From an uncultured Candidatus Peribacteria bacterium (GTDB lineage: Bacteria; Patescibacteriota; Gracilibacteria; UBA1369; 2-02-FULL-48-14), in assembly GCA_964601715.1 (NCBI GenBank), contig CAZROM010000002.1, forward strand, positions 2,155 to 66,154: a stretch of DNA of 64,000 nucleotides, given 5' to 3'. A program made the position numbers and the translations under genes. The notes under the pieces were generated by a model. That model ran no database searches, was not told the DNA's origin, and worked only from the letters and a program-made list of their open reading frames with translations. This document shows, piece after piece, positions 20,328 to 28,430 of this stretch (positions are counted from its first letter, which is position 1; each line of letters opens with the position of its first letter).

Positions 20328-21098
20328 TCACTTTCTCGATTTTATCTTCAAAAGGTCTTTTTCTAAAAGTTTTGCGTATTCAAAGGCTAAATTAAAAATT
20401 GCCTTTTGTGTGTCGGCTATGTTCTGATTTTGAATAATCACTCCTATCTGGTCCTGATGAGAGATTATTGCTACTTTGTCGTCGTAAATATTAATTTCAT
20501 TTTTAAATGGAAATTTTTCCACTGGGACCAGGTAGACCTCTCTTAGTTCTTCCTTGCCTCTAGTTTTGAACTTTAATCCTATGTTGTCATAACAGAATAT
20601 ACCTCTGAGCCAAATCTTCCGTTCTACTTTTTTCTTAACGTAGGTGGGGTAATAGTCTTCAAGTAAATCCATTGCGATGTTTGGGTTAGCCCAACAATTC
20701 AAATCGCTCTTTGCAGTTAACGTATCCTCCATAATTTGAATTAGCCCCTCTTTGCCTTCGTAAACGCTCATTTGTGGTGTTACTTCGAATTTTTGATTTA
20801 GCTTTTGAAGCAATGGCATTACGTTTTGTAGCTTCAGGAATTTGTTTTTCTCCTCTTCTAGTAGCAATGATGGGTCTACTGCTCTATAGAATAAGTTGCC
20901 TTTTTTGCTAATGTGGCTAACAAATCCCTTTTTCTGTAACTGCTCAAGGATAACGTAAGTTGTTGGACGTTTGACTCCTGATTTCCTGGAGATCGTGCTT
21001 GGTAGTGATTCGTTTAACTCAAGCAGTGTTAGGTAGATCAAAGATTCTTTTTCCGTAAAACCAATGGAGTTAAGAGTGTTTTGTAATATGTTTTTCAT
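20328..21098 (-). CDS. TrmB-family transcriptional regulator, paralog 1
   Basis: The N-terminal wHTH reads FTEKESLIYLTLLELNESLPSTISRKSGVKRPTTYVILEQLQKKGFV. The C-terminal block NEINIYDDKVAIISHQDQIGVIIQN is shared with the other two paralogs. Confidence 0.8.
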   Translation of the reverse strand: MKNILQNTLNSIGFTEKESLIYLTLLELNESLPSTISRKSGVKRPTTYVILEQLQKKGFVSHISKKGNLFYRAVDPSLLLEEEKNKFLKLQNVMPLLQKLNQKFEVTPQMSVYEGKEGLIQIMEDTLTAKSDLNCWANPNIAMDLLEDYYPTYVKKKVERKIWLRGIFCYDNIGLKFKTRGKEELREVYLVPVEKFPFKNEINIYDDKVAIISHQDQIGVIIQNQNIADTQKAIFNLAFEYAKLLEKDLLKIKSRK

Positions 21099-21102
21099 TG
21101 TC

Positions 21103-21113
21103 TGACATGTTTG
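21103..21113 (+). repeat. TGACATGTTTG motif, copy 1 (operator candidate)
   Basis: Exact 11-mer, 5 nt from the paralog-1 start codon. It is repeated at 21189-21199. Confidence 0.5.
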
Positions 21114-21187
21114 TGAATTTTGGTCCGCGAATATGGTAATTCTACTCTTTTGAATGAAGTATTTACAGTTTTAGATAAGGTTTAACA

Positions 21188-21216
21188 TTGACATGTTTGA
21201 CTATTTTGTTTATATA
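21188..21216 (+). promoter_or_regulatory. Sigma70-type promoter for the 21236 ORFan
   Basis: TTGACA (21188-21193), a 17-nt spacer, then TATATA (21211-21216). Confidence 0.5.
21189..21199 (+). repeat. TGACATGTTTG motif, copy 2, overlapping the -35 box
   Basis: Exact 11-mer, 86 nt from copy 1. Confidence 0.5.
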
Positions 21217-21235
21217 TAGCGCTACGTATCATATT

Positions 21236-22171
21236 ATGCGCTGTATTGAGCCGAATTCCGGGGGAGCAGAGTCTGAAGCTGAAGTGACTGAGGTCATCTC
21301 TGTTATTGCTGGTGATGTTTTTTTTGGGTCTTCCGATAGGGGTGCTGACTATCAAGATGCTGCTTTCGTGTCTGCTATGAAAACTGTAGTTGAGATTAGG
21401 AATTCAAGGCGTCAAGAACTTGGGAATGCAATTTTTATGTTTGATCAGGCAGGTCCTTGGAGGGATTTTATCCAAGCCTCTTCTTTGAGTCAAAGTAAGA
21501 AAAGGATCACTCTTTCGAGGCTTAAAGAGCAGTTTAAAGATCCTTTAGCTAAGTTTGTAATACACTCAGGCCTTCCATTAACTTTTTTAGATGAGTTGGA
21601 GGCGTTGCCAGAAGAGAAGTTAAAATTTTTGTTTTTAAATTTGGCTAAACAGAGGCAGTTAGATGTTAGGATGCTTTTGGAGAATGGTTTGTTAGGGCCA
21701 AAGGCCTTTGGCCCACTGCCTAGAGGGCAGCTTGTTGGGCAGACACGCTTATTTGATATGATTGATGATGGTGCCGAGGATGAAGACAGTGATTCAGTTG
21801 AAGATAATGTTGAGTTCTCAGCTGATAGTTGTTCTCTAATTCGTTCTCCTGCAGGTGATTTGACTCAAGTTAGTGTTTCGTTTGAAGATTATTTGGCACG
21901 CTGTCGTGCTGTTGCTACAGCTCTAACTCTTCGTGCCGCCACGCTTTCTAGTATGGACCAGGCGGATAGGGTGGAGGCTTTTTATCAATATGACAATACA
22001 GCTCCTAATCGAGTTGATCCTAATGTCGTTACATTTGGCGCGGAATTTGCCCAGAAGACATTAGGACTAACGGCTCCTGTAGTTACACATTTCTTTGTTC
22101 CACATGAAGGAGGGGTCCATGAGTCGATTTTCGATACAAGAGGTGGGCTTACAATTAAAAGGCCTAACTAG
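21236..22171 (+). CDS. Hypothetical protein (311 aa), no recognisable domain
   Basis: Long ORF starting at the ATG at 21236; the track start at 21188 is the TTG of the -35 box. It has an acidic central linker (DDGAEDEDSDSVED). Confidence 0.6.
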   Translation: MRCIEPNSGGAESEAEVTEVISVIAGDVFFGSSDRGADYQDAAFVSAMKTVVEIRNSRRQELGNAIFMFDQAGPWRDFIQASSLSQSKKRITLSRLKEQFKDPLAKFVIHSGLPLTFLDELEALPEEKLKFLFLNLAKQRQLDVRMLLENGLLGPKAFGPLPRGQLVGQTRLFDMIDDGAEDEDSDSVEDNVEFSADSCSLIRSPAGDLTQVSVSFEDYLARCRAVATALTLRAATLSSMDQADRVEAFYQYDNTAPNRVDPNVVTFGAEFAQKTLGLTAPVVTHFFVPHEGGVHESIFDTRGGLTIKRPN

Positions 22172-22931
22172 CACTCTCTGCTTTTTCAAACGCCATGTAA
22201 AACAGAGCTCGTTGTGAATCAGCGATGGCTTTGTTTTGTATGATCACGCCGATCTCATCTCTTGGGGAAATAATGCTAACTTTGTCGTCATAGATGTTTA
22301 TTTCGTTTTCGAATTTGTATTTGCTGTCACTTATGAATCTAACTTCACGCAGCTGTTTCATGCTCTGAGTTTTTAAGTAGATGGCACCAACACTTTTGTC
22401 GAATAAGCATTTTGAATGAATCTTCCTCTCCACCTTCTTTTTTACGTACGATGGGTGGTAGTTTGTCAAAAAAGTACTTTCTGCAATTTCTACATTAGAC
22501 CAACAAAGAATTTCTCCTTTCGTTGTGAGTGAGTCCTCCATGACTTGAATCACGCCATCTCGTCCATGATACACCGACATTTGAGGAGTTTTTGTGTAGT
22601 TTTCGTGGGTTGCATATAGCTTCGGAATGGCTTCGGTCAGAGTGCTCAGATTGGACTTGCTGTCTTCGAGCCGACTCTGTTCCTTTTCCAAGAAAATTTC
22701 AGGTTTAATGGCTTGGTAATAGAGGACTTTTTGTTTCTTGACACAGGTGACGAGTCCTCTCTCGAGTAGTTTCTCGAGGGCCATGTAGGTCGTTGGTCTT
22801 TTGAGGCCAACTTTTTTCGAAATCACACTTGGAAGTGCTTCATGCAATTCAAGCAAAGCTAGATAAGTTTTCGCTTCCTTTTCGGTGAAGTTCAGTGCTT
22901 GTAAGGCGTGTTGAAGGGCGAGTGTGGTCAT
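22164..22931 (-). CDS. TrmB-family transcriptional regulator, paralog 2
   Basis: FTEKEAKTYLALLELHEALPSVISKKVGLKRPTTYMALEKLLERGLV. The C-terminal block is NEINIYDDKVSIISPRDEIGVIIQN. An ATGA overlap couples it to paralog 3. Confidence 0.8.
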   Translation of the reverse strand: MTTLALQHALQALNFTEKEAKTYLALLELHEALPSVISKKVGLKRPTTYMALEKLLERGLVTCVKKQKVLYYQAIKPEIFLEKEQSRLEDSKSNLSTLTEAIPKLYATHENYTKTPQMSVYHGRDGVIQVMEDSLTTKGEILCWSNVEIAESTFLTNYHPSYVKKKVERKIHSKCLFDKSVGAIYLKTQSMKQLREVRFISDSKYKFENEINIYDDKVSIISPRDEIGVIIQNKAIADSQRALFYMAFEKAESAS

Positions 22932-23749
22932 GATTTGGATTTGCCTTTTAAATACTTGATATCTTCCTCTGTCAGAACTTTTTTTTCTAATTCCTTTGCT
23001 CTTTCAAAAGTAAGTTTAAATATCGCTCGTTGAGTATTTGCTATGTGTTCATTTTGTATGATTACCCCAATTTCATCAGTGTGTGAAATAATCGCTACTT
23101 TATCATCATAGATGTTGATCTCATTTTGAATTGGGTATTCCTCTTTTGGAATGAGATAAACTTCACGTAATTCCTTTGCACCATATTTTTTGTCGTGAAG
23201 CGAAGCTTTGTCATAGGTCGAAACACCTTTGAGCCATAGATTCTTCTTTATTTTTCTTCTTAGATATTCTGGGTAATACTCTTTTAATGATTCAAGTGCT
23301 AAATCTCCATTGCACCAGCAAAGTAGTTCGGTTTTGGAGGTCAACGTATCTTCCATCACTTGTATCAAGCCTTCTTTGCCGTAGAAGACGGACATTTGAG
23401 GAGTGGCGGAGTATTTTTGGTGAAGGGAGAGCAGTTCGGGCAGGGCGCTGGTGAGGCTGGTGAGTGTTTTTTCGAGTTCTTGGGCGCGGGTACGTTCTTT
23501 TTCGAGGAAGTATTCTGGTTTGGTGGCTTGGTAGTACAGGACTCCCTTCTTTTTCACGCTGGAGGCGAGGCCGCGAGCCTGAAGTTTTTCGAGGGTTAGG
23601 TAGCAAGTGGGACGCTTTTGGTTCAATTTTTTGGCGAGCGTGCTCGGCAGGGCTTCGTTCAGTTCAAGCAAAGTGAGATAGACTTCAGCTTCACGCTTGC
23701 TGAGTCCGAGATTCTGTAGGAGCAAGGTGATTTGGCTGAGTTCTATCAT
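22928..23749 (-). CDS. TrmB-family transcriptional regulator, paralog 3
   Basis: The start was set at the ATG at 23749 (MIELSQ...), which overlaps the rluD stop as ATGA. LSKREAEVYLTLLELNEALPSTLAKKLNQKRPTCYLTLEKLQARGL is the wHTH. The C-terminal block is NEINIYDDKVAIISHTDEIGVIIQN. Confidence 0.8.
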   Translation of the reverse strand: MIELSQITLLLQNLGLSKREAEVYLTLLELNEALPSTLAKKLNQKRPTCYLTLEKLQARGLASSVKKKGVLYYQATKPEYFLEKERTRAQELEKTLTSLTSALPELLSLHQKYSATPQMSVFYGKEGLIQVMEDTLTSKTELLCWCNGDLALESLKEYYPEYLRRKIKKNLWLKGVSTYDKASLHDKKYGAKELREVYLIPKEEYPIQNEINIYDDKVAIISHTDEIGVIIQNEHIANTQRAIFKLTFERAKELEKKVLTEEDIKYLKGKSKS

Positions 23750-24651
23750 CCGTTTAGGAGGGCTAAGGTATTGGTCAGATCCTCGGGTAGATCGGCTTCG
23801 AAATGTTTGCCGTCCAGGTCCAGTTCTTTGGCGTGCAGCCATTGGCGAGTCAGGCCCAAGTCTTTTAAAGCGCGGGCGTTGAGAGCTTTGTTGCCGTAGG
23901 TGGCATCTCCAAGCACAGGATGACCGATGCCGGCGAGGTGAAGGCGGATTTGGTGGGTTCGTCCGGTTTCGATGTTCACTTTAAGTAAAGAACACCATCC
24001 GTAATTTTCGATGATTTCAAAAGTGGTGACGGCGGCTTTGCCTTGGCTGTGCATGGCCATTTGTTGACGATTCTTGGTGTCTCGTTTGATGGGGGCGCTG
24101 ATGCGTCCACTTGTGGTTTTTGGGTAATCCTTAACAAGAGCCCAGTAGGTCTTGTGAACTTTGCGTTTTTGAAAGAGATTGGAAAGTTTGCGCAAACTTT
24201 CTGCGGTTTTTGCAATGACCAAGGCTCCGGAGGTGTCTTTATCCAGACGATGCACAATTCCTGGACGGAGCTCGTCCTTAGGTTTTTTGATTTTGAGGTG
24301 AGAAACGATGGCGTTGGCGATGGTGTTGTTTTGATGTCCGGTGGTGTCTGGGTGAACCACGATGCCGGCTGGTTTGTTGATGACCATCATCTCTTCGTCT
24401 TCGTAGAGAATGTTGAGGGGCATCTCATTTGGCAAAACGCCACGACGGGGTGCTGCGGCCAGTGGCATATGCAGTTTTTCACCCGTAGTGAGGCGGTAAC
24501 CGGTTTTGGTGCAAGCTTTTCCATTCACTTTCACTCGACCGGCGTCGATTTGCTTTTGAATGGCGCTTCGACTTTGCCCTGTGGCTTCGGCGATGAATTG
24601 ATCGATGCGTTTGCGGCTGTCTTTCTCGGTGATTTGGGTTTCAAATTGCAT
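23746..24651 (-). CDS. rluD: RluA-family 23S rRNA pseudouridine synthase (RluD-type, with S4 domain)
   Basis: The S4-like N-terminus reads RIDQFIAE...SRSAIQKQIDAGRVKVNG. The catalytic block is HRLDKDTSGALVIAKT, followed by GRTHQIRLHL. Confidence 0.88.
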   Translation of the reverse strand: MQFETQITEKDSRKRIDQFIAEATGQSRSAIQKQIDAGRVKVNGKACTKTGYRLTTGEKLHMPLAAAPRRGVLPNEMPLNILYEDEEMMVINKPAGIVVHPDTTGHQNNTIANAIVSHLKIKKPKDELRPGIVHRLDKDTSGALVIAKTAESLRKLSNLFQKRKVHKTYWALVKDYPKTTSGRISAPIKRDTKNRQQMAMHSQGKAAVTTFEIIENYGWCSLLKVNIETGRTHQIRLHLAGIGHPVLGDATYGNKALNARALKDLGLTRQWLHAKELDLDGKHFEADLPEDLTNTLALLNG

Positions 24652-24707
24652 TTGAGTGGGGGGCTTGTTAATCTGTTCTTGTTTATTCTACTTCATTTTA
24701 AAAGTTT

Positions 24708-25913
24708 ATGGCAGTGAATACCGACGAAAAAGCGATAGATCGGCTTTTGAACCTTGGCGTAGCGGATGTGATTGTGAAAGAAGACCTCAAAAAGAAACTG
24801 ATGAGCGGCAAGCAACTTCGCATCAAGCTGGGAATCGATCCCACGGGTTTTGATCTGCACCTTGGCCACATGGTGGTGGTGCACAAACTCAAGGAATTCC
24901 AAGACCTCGGTCATCAAATCATTTTGTTGTTTGGAAATTTCACCGGAAGGATTGGAGACCCAACGGGTAAAAACGAAACTCGTCCCATGCGCACGCAGGA
25001 AGAACTCGAGGCGAATGCCAAAGATTACATGAAGCAAGCTTCTTATGTTTTAGACATTTCTAAAGTGGAAGTTCGTTGGAACGCCGAATGGCTCGCTCCG
25101 CTCAGTTTTGCGGATGTGGTGACTTTGGCTTCTCAGTTCACGGTGGCGCAAATGCTCGAGCGAGACATGTTCCAAGATCGCATCAAGGCGAATCAGCCGA
25201 TTTCGGTGCACGAATTCATGTATCCGCTCATGCAAGGTTACGACTCCGTGGCACTCAAGGCCGATGTGGAGCTCGGCGGAACGGATCAAACTTTCAACCT
25301 GCTTGCAGGGCGCACTTTGCAAAAAGCTTACGGACAGGAGCCTCAAAACATTTTGACCGTGCCCATTTTGGTGGGAACGGATGGCAGCATGAAGATGGGC
25401 AAGAGCACTGGCAACTACATCGCGGTGGATGAAAAGCCCGAGGACATGTACGGAAAAACCATGTCCATTCCCGATGATCTGATTTTGACCTATTTTGAGT
25501 TGGCTGGACGCGCTACTGGCGACAAGCTGTCCGAGGTCTCCGCTCGTTTGAAAGGTGGCGAAAACCCTCGCAATTTGAAGATGGAACTCGGCTACGAATT
25601 GGTGAAACTCTACAAAGGCGAAGAAGAAGCAAAGAAGGCGGAAGAACACTTCAAGACCGTGCACCAAAAGAAAGAGATTCCGGATGAGATTGAAGAGGTG
25701 ACTTTAGATAAGGCCACTTGGAACATCGTGGACCTGATTTGCGAGTTGGGATTGGCCGAAACGAAGAGCAAAGCTCGTCAATTGGTGGAAGGTGGAGGCG
25801 TGAAATGGGAAAACGAAAAGGTGGAGGATGTGAAGCGGGAGGTGGCGCTGAGTGGCGAGCCTGCACTTTTACAGGTTGGGAAGAGGAATTTTAGGAGGAT
25901 AAAAACAGTTTGA
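24708..25913 (+). CDS. tyrS: Tyrosyl-tRNA synthetase
   Basis: The HIGH motif is HLGH and the KMSKS motif is KMGKS. A C-terminal S4 domain is present (SKARQLVEGGGVKWENEKV). Confidence 0.93.
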   Translation: MAVNTDEKAIDRLLNLGVADVIVKEDLKKKLMSGKQLRIKLGIDPTGFDLHLGHMVVVHKLKEFQDLGHQIILLFGNFTGRIGDPTGKNETRPMRTQEELEANAKDYMKQASYVLDISKVEVRWNAEWLAPLSFADVVTLASQFTVAQMLERDMFQDRIKANQPISVHEFMYPLMQGYDSVALKADVELGGTDQTFNLLAGRTLQKAYGQEPQNILTVPILVGTDGSMKMGKSTGNYIAVDEKPEDMYGKTMSIPDDLILTYFELAGRATGDKLSEVSARLKGGENPRNLKMELGYELVKLYKGEEEAKKAEEHFKTVHQKKEIPDEIEEVTLDKATWNIVDLICELGLAETKSKARQLVEGGGVKWENEKVEDVKREVALSGEPALLQVGKRNFRRIKTV

Positions 25914-27277
25914 ATATGACTTTCGAAACATTCAGTTGTTTAGTAGATGAAAAACTACCACAAAAAAAGGTACTTTTTTTTGTTTATACTATCTTATTTG
26001 GTTCTTTTATCGCTGCTAACAGTTTTTTATCTCAGTATTTTAATTTAAGTGTAAGAACGTATATTTACTTTATCCTAATTGGTGCTTGGACTTCTTTCTG
26101 GTTTTTTAATAAATTTTATCTTCCTAGGAATAAATATGAAAAGGTTGGAATTGTTATCGCAATCTTTTCTGAAAATGAATCTGAGAGATTAAAGCTTAAG
26201 GCTGATTTTATTTCTGAACTTAGAAAAAACTTTCAAAATGAGGGCATCTTAGATTTTTCAGAATTAATTTTTTTAAAAAATCATTTTTCCGAAAGGATTC
26301 ATGATTCAAATAACCCCCTAAGCGAGATTGAAGGGATGAATGAAACAATAAAAGCACATTTTTATGTTTGGGGAGATGTTAAGAGAAGGCCTGATGGTGA
26401 TGAGGGTGACAAGTATTTCCTCAACTTTCAGGGTTATGTAGTCCATAGGCCTATACCACGTGATTTGAGCCAAAAGATTTCTAGAGAATTTGCTTCTGTT
26501 CTTCCAAGTGAAATCAACTTTTTAGAGAAAAGAAGTTTTAAGGGGTTTCAGGCAACTGCCACTGCTGTTCATCTAGCTGCTAAATATATTATAGGATTAG
26601 CTGCCTTTGTGTCACAGGATCCTGAGCTTGCCCTTAAGCTTCACAATGGTTTAAAGGATCAGTTCAATTGTTACCGACCTTTGCCACCTGCTTTGCAAGA
26701 AATTAGAAACCGCATACCAGGCTTGTTATCTGATGAAGCCCTCTGGATGGCAAAGTGGCACTACTATAAAAATAAGGATATAGGTAAGGCTAAAGATTTT
26801 TTGGAATTATCTTTGCGTGAAAATCCTAATAATTATGGCGCTTGGTTGTTTAAGGCTGCTTTTGAGTTTTCAGAATTCCGGGATACGGATGAGGCATTTA
26901 GAAGTGTTTCTAAAGCTGAAAAATATGCGCTAAATGCTTTTGAATGGAAATATAGTAAAGCGTTTCTTTATTTTTGGAGGGGGGATTATGCTCATGCCTT
27001 TAAAATGTGCCTAAAAATTAGAAACCAAAATTATGATTTAGAGCCTAGGACTTTACAGGAAGTAAGGGCCTTTAATCTCAATTTATTAAAAAATGTAGAT
27101 TCCAAGCCTCAACTTTATTTCTGGATGGGATTCTTATCTTTTTTCAAGGAGAGAAATTTGGAGCAAGCTTTAAGTGATTTTGAAAAATTCGAAGAATCTT
27201 CTGATTCAAGTATGGTCCTGTTAAAACAAAAATCATCTGCTTATTTGCTTCAAATTAGACAGGAGATTGAACGTTAA
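25910..27277 (+). CDS. ORFan membrane protein: N-terminal 2 TM helices, unknown middle domain, C-terminal TPR-like repeats
   Basis: TM helices are VLFFVYTILFGSFIAANSF and YIYFILIGAWTSFWFF. The TPR-like tail reads KAKDFLELSLRENPNNYGAWLFKAAFEF.... A possible TTG start at 25910 lies 11 nt after AGGAGG; an alternative ATG is at 25916. GC drops to about 30%. Confidence 0.6.
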   Translation: MNMTFETFSCLVDEKLPQKKVLFFVYTILFGSFIAANSFLSQYFNLSVRTYIYFILIGAWTSFWFFNKFYLPRNKYEKVGIVIAIFSENESERLKLKADFISELRKNFQNEGILDFSELIFLKNHFSERIHDSNNPLSEIEGMNETIKAHFYVWGDVKRRPDGDEGDKYFLNFQGYVVHRPIPRDLSQKISREFASVLPSEINFLEKRSFKGFQATATAVHLAAKYIIGLAAFVSQDPELALKLHNGLKDQFNCYRPLPPALQEIRNRIPGLLSDEALWMAKWHYYKNKDIGKAKDFLELSLRENPNNYGAWLFKAAFEFSEFRDTDEAFRSVSKAEKYALNAFEWKYSKAFLYFWRGDYAHAFKMCLKIRNQNYDLEPRTLQEVRAFNLNLLKNVDSKPQLYFWMGFLSFFKERNLEQALSDFEKFEESSDSSMVLLKQKSSAYLLQIRQEIER

Positions 27278-27317
27278 TTGCGACTTAATTCAGTGCTTTA
27301 TTTTCCTATTTATCCTG

Positions 27318-28319
27318 TCAAAGTAGGTCAGCCAGCTTTCTCTCCTCTGCCCGTCTCCTAATCAACTCCATCATAAAGGGATTGAAGCGGTCTTCGTTGC
27401 TTTGGCCGGCGTCGCTCACTTCACCGTGACTTAATTTTTGGTCTGCTTCGAGTTGGGCGACATTGGTGACCATTGAGAAGGAGGCGAAATGACTTCCTGC
27501 GCCTTCGTTGGTGAAGCCGATGGACCGCGCTTTAACGGCTTCTGGGCCTGTGGACATTCCGAACAGAGTGGCTCCTTGCTTGGTGCGGGCTCGAGTGTAG
27601 GCGGGGGTTTCGTAGCCACGTCCCTTTCTCCAGTTGAGAACTCCTTCTGTTAAGTTCCAGCCTTGTTCTCGAGCGACTTCTTGAGCCAGTCGATGTACTT
27701 CTGCGGAATACAGATTTCCTTGTCCGTAAAAATAGTCTTCGTTGCCGTAGACGTATTTTGGATCCTTTTCCTTTTTTTCTTTGAACCAAGCTTCTTCCTC
27801 GGGCACACCAAAGTCATCGTCGGGATCGAGCATATGATCTGAAACGCGAACGATGTCTCCCACTTGGTGCACTGGGTTGGATGATCCCACTGCGTTGGAA
27901 GTGAAAAGATCTTGAATACCCAACTGTTTGCTGATGGCAACGTAGTAAGTGATCGCTGCTTTTCTGATTTCTGGATCGGTGATTCGTTTCCATTCACCCT
28001 CCATTTTTTGAAGGAGTCTTTGGTAGAAGTGAATGCGACCCGCCCAGATGGCCATGGTTTCCTTTGAGCCTTCTTCGATGGGGGCGATGATCAGATTTCC
28101 ATCGTGACCATTGGCTGCCGTCTCCGCTTTTGCAAAGTGAGGGACGTCCGAAGTAGGAATAACCAAGCGAGTGTCGGGATTTGTGTAACGGTTTGCAAAG
28201 CTCTTGAGGCCTGAACCTAGTGTCACGGCGACCTTTGGCAGGGCGAGGCCTTTTTTATCTGCATGCTCTCCGATGTAATCGGCTGCGTCTTTAGAATGGT
28301 CGAATCCGAAGTCTTCCAT
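27318..28319 (-). CDS. Purine nucleoside phosphorylase, family 2 (PunA/MTAP-like), with short insertions
   Basis: TLGSGLKSF, AGRIHFYQ, TSNAVGS, GYETPAY, FGMSTGPEAV and MVTNVA match the trimeric PNP active-site blocks. Confidence 0.75.
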   Translation of the reverse strand: MEDFGFDHSKDAADYIGEHADKKGLALPKVAVTLGSGLKSFANRYTNPDTRLVIPTSDVPHFAKAETAANGHDGNLIIAPIEEGSKETMAIWAGRIHFYQRLLQKMEGEWKRITDPEIRKAAITYYVAISKQLGIQDLFTSNAVGSSNPVHQVGDIVRVSDHMLDPDDDFGVPEEEAWFKEKKEKDPKYVYGNEDYFYGQGNLYSAEVHRLAQEVAREQGWNLTEGVLNWRKGRGYETPAYTRARTKQGATLFGMSTGPEAVKARSIGFTNEGAGSHFASFSMVTNVAQLEADQKLSHGEVSDAGQSNEDRFNPFMMELIRRRAEERKLADLL

Positions 28320-28380
28320 GTGGATTTATATTAAGAAGAAATGAGACCATAATTAGTTTTTTTCATCAAGTGTTGGACGG

Positions 28381-28408
28381 TTGACATATCTAAATTAAGT
28401 CTTATAAT
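28381..28408 (+). promoter_or_regulatory. Near-consensus sigma70 promoter
   Basis: TTGACA (28381-28386), a 16-nt spacer, then TATAAT (28403-28408). It lies 22 nt upstream of the ATG at 28431. Confidence 0.6.
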
Positions 28409-28425
28409 TACGCACTTAATTTAGA
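28389..28425. promoter_or_regulatory. Perfect 12-bp inverted repeat bracketing the -10 box (operator candidate)
   Basis: TCTAAATTAAGT (28389-28400) and ACTTAATTTAGA (28414-28425) are separated by a 13-nt spacer that contains TATAAT. Confidence 0.55.
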
Positions 28426-28430
28426 ATAAA

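Noticed and set aside
23750-23842. The track ORF gives TrmB paralog 3 a 31-codon N-terminal extension.
   Set aside because: It overlaps the rluD coding sequence. Alignment with the other two paralogs starts at MIELSQ (ATG at 23749), which forms an ATGA overlap with the rluD stop.
24652-24707. I looked for a T-box or other riboswitch upstream of tyrS, and likewise an FMN riboswitch upstream of ribE (49908-49970).
   Set aside because: The intergenic regions are only 56 nt and 63 nt, too short for these elements, and they lack the conserved cores.
24043-25667. A 224-aa ORF runs antisense to rluD (24043-24717) and a 205-aa ORF runs antisense to tyrS (25050-25667).
   Set aside because: Both are shadow ORFs opposite clearly identified genes.
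27318-28319. I considered whether the PNP-family protein is a defence effector (Detocs-like nucleosidase), given its neighbourhood of ORFans.
   Set aside because: It retains all active-site blocks of housekeeping trimeric PunA-type phosphorylases. No histidine kinase or receiver partner is adjacent, so purine salvage is the simpler explanation.
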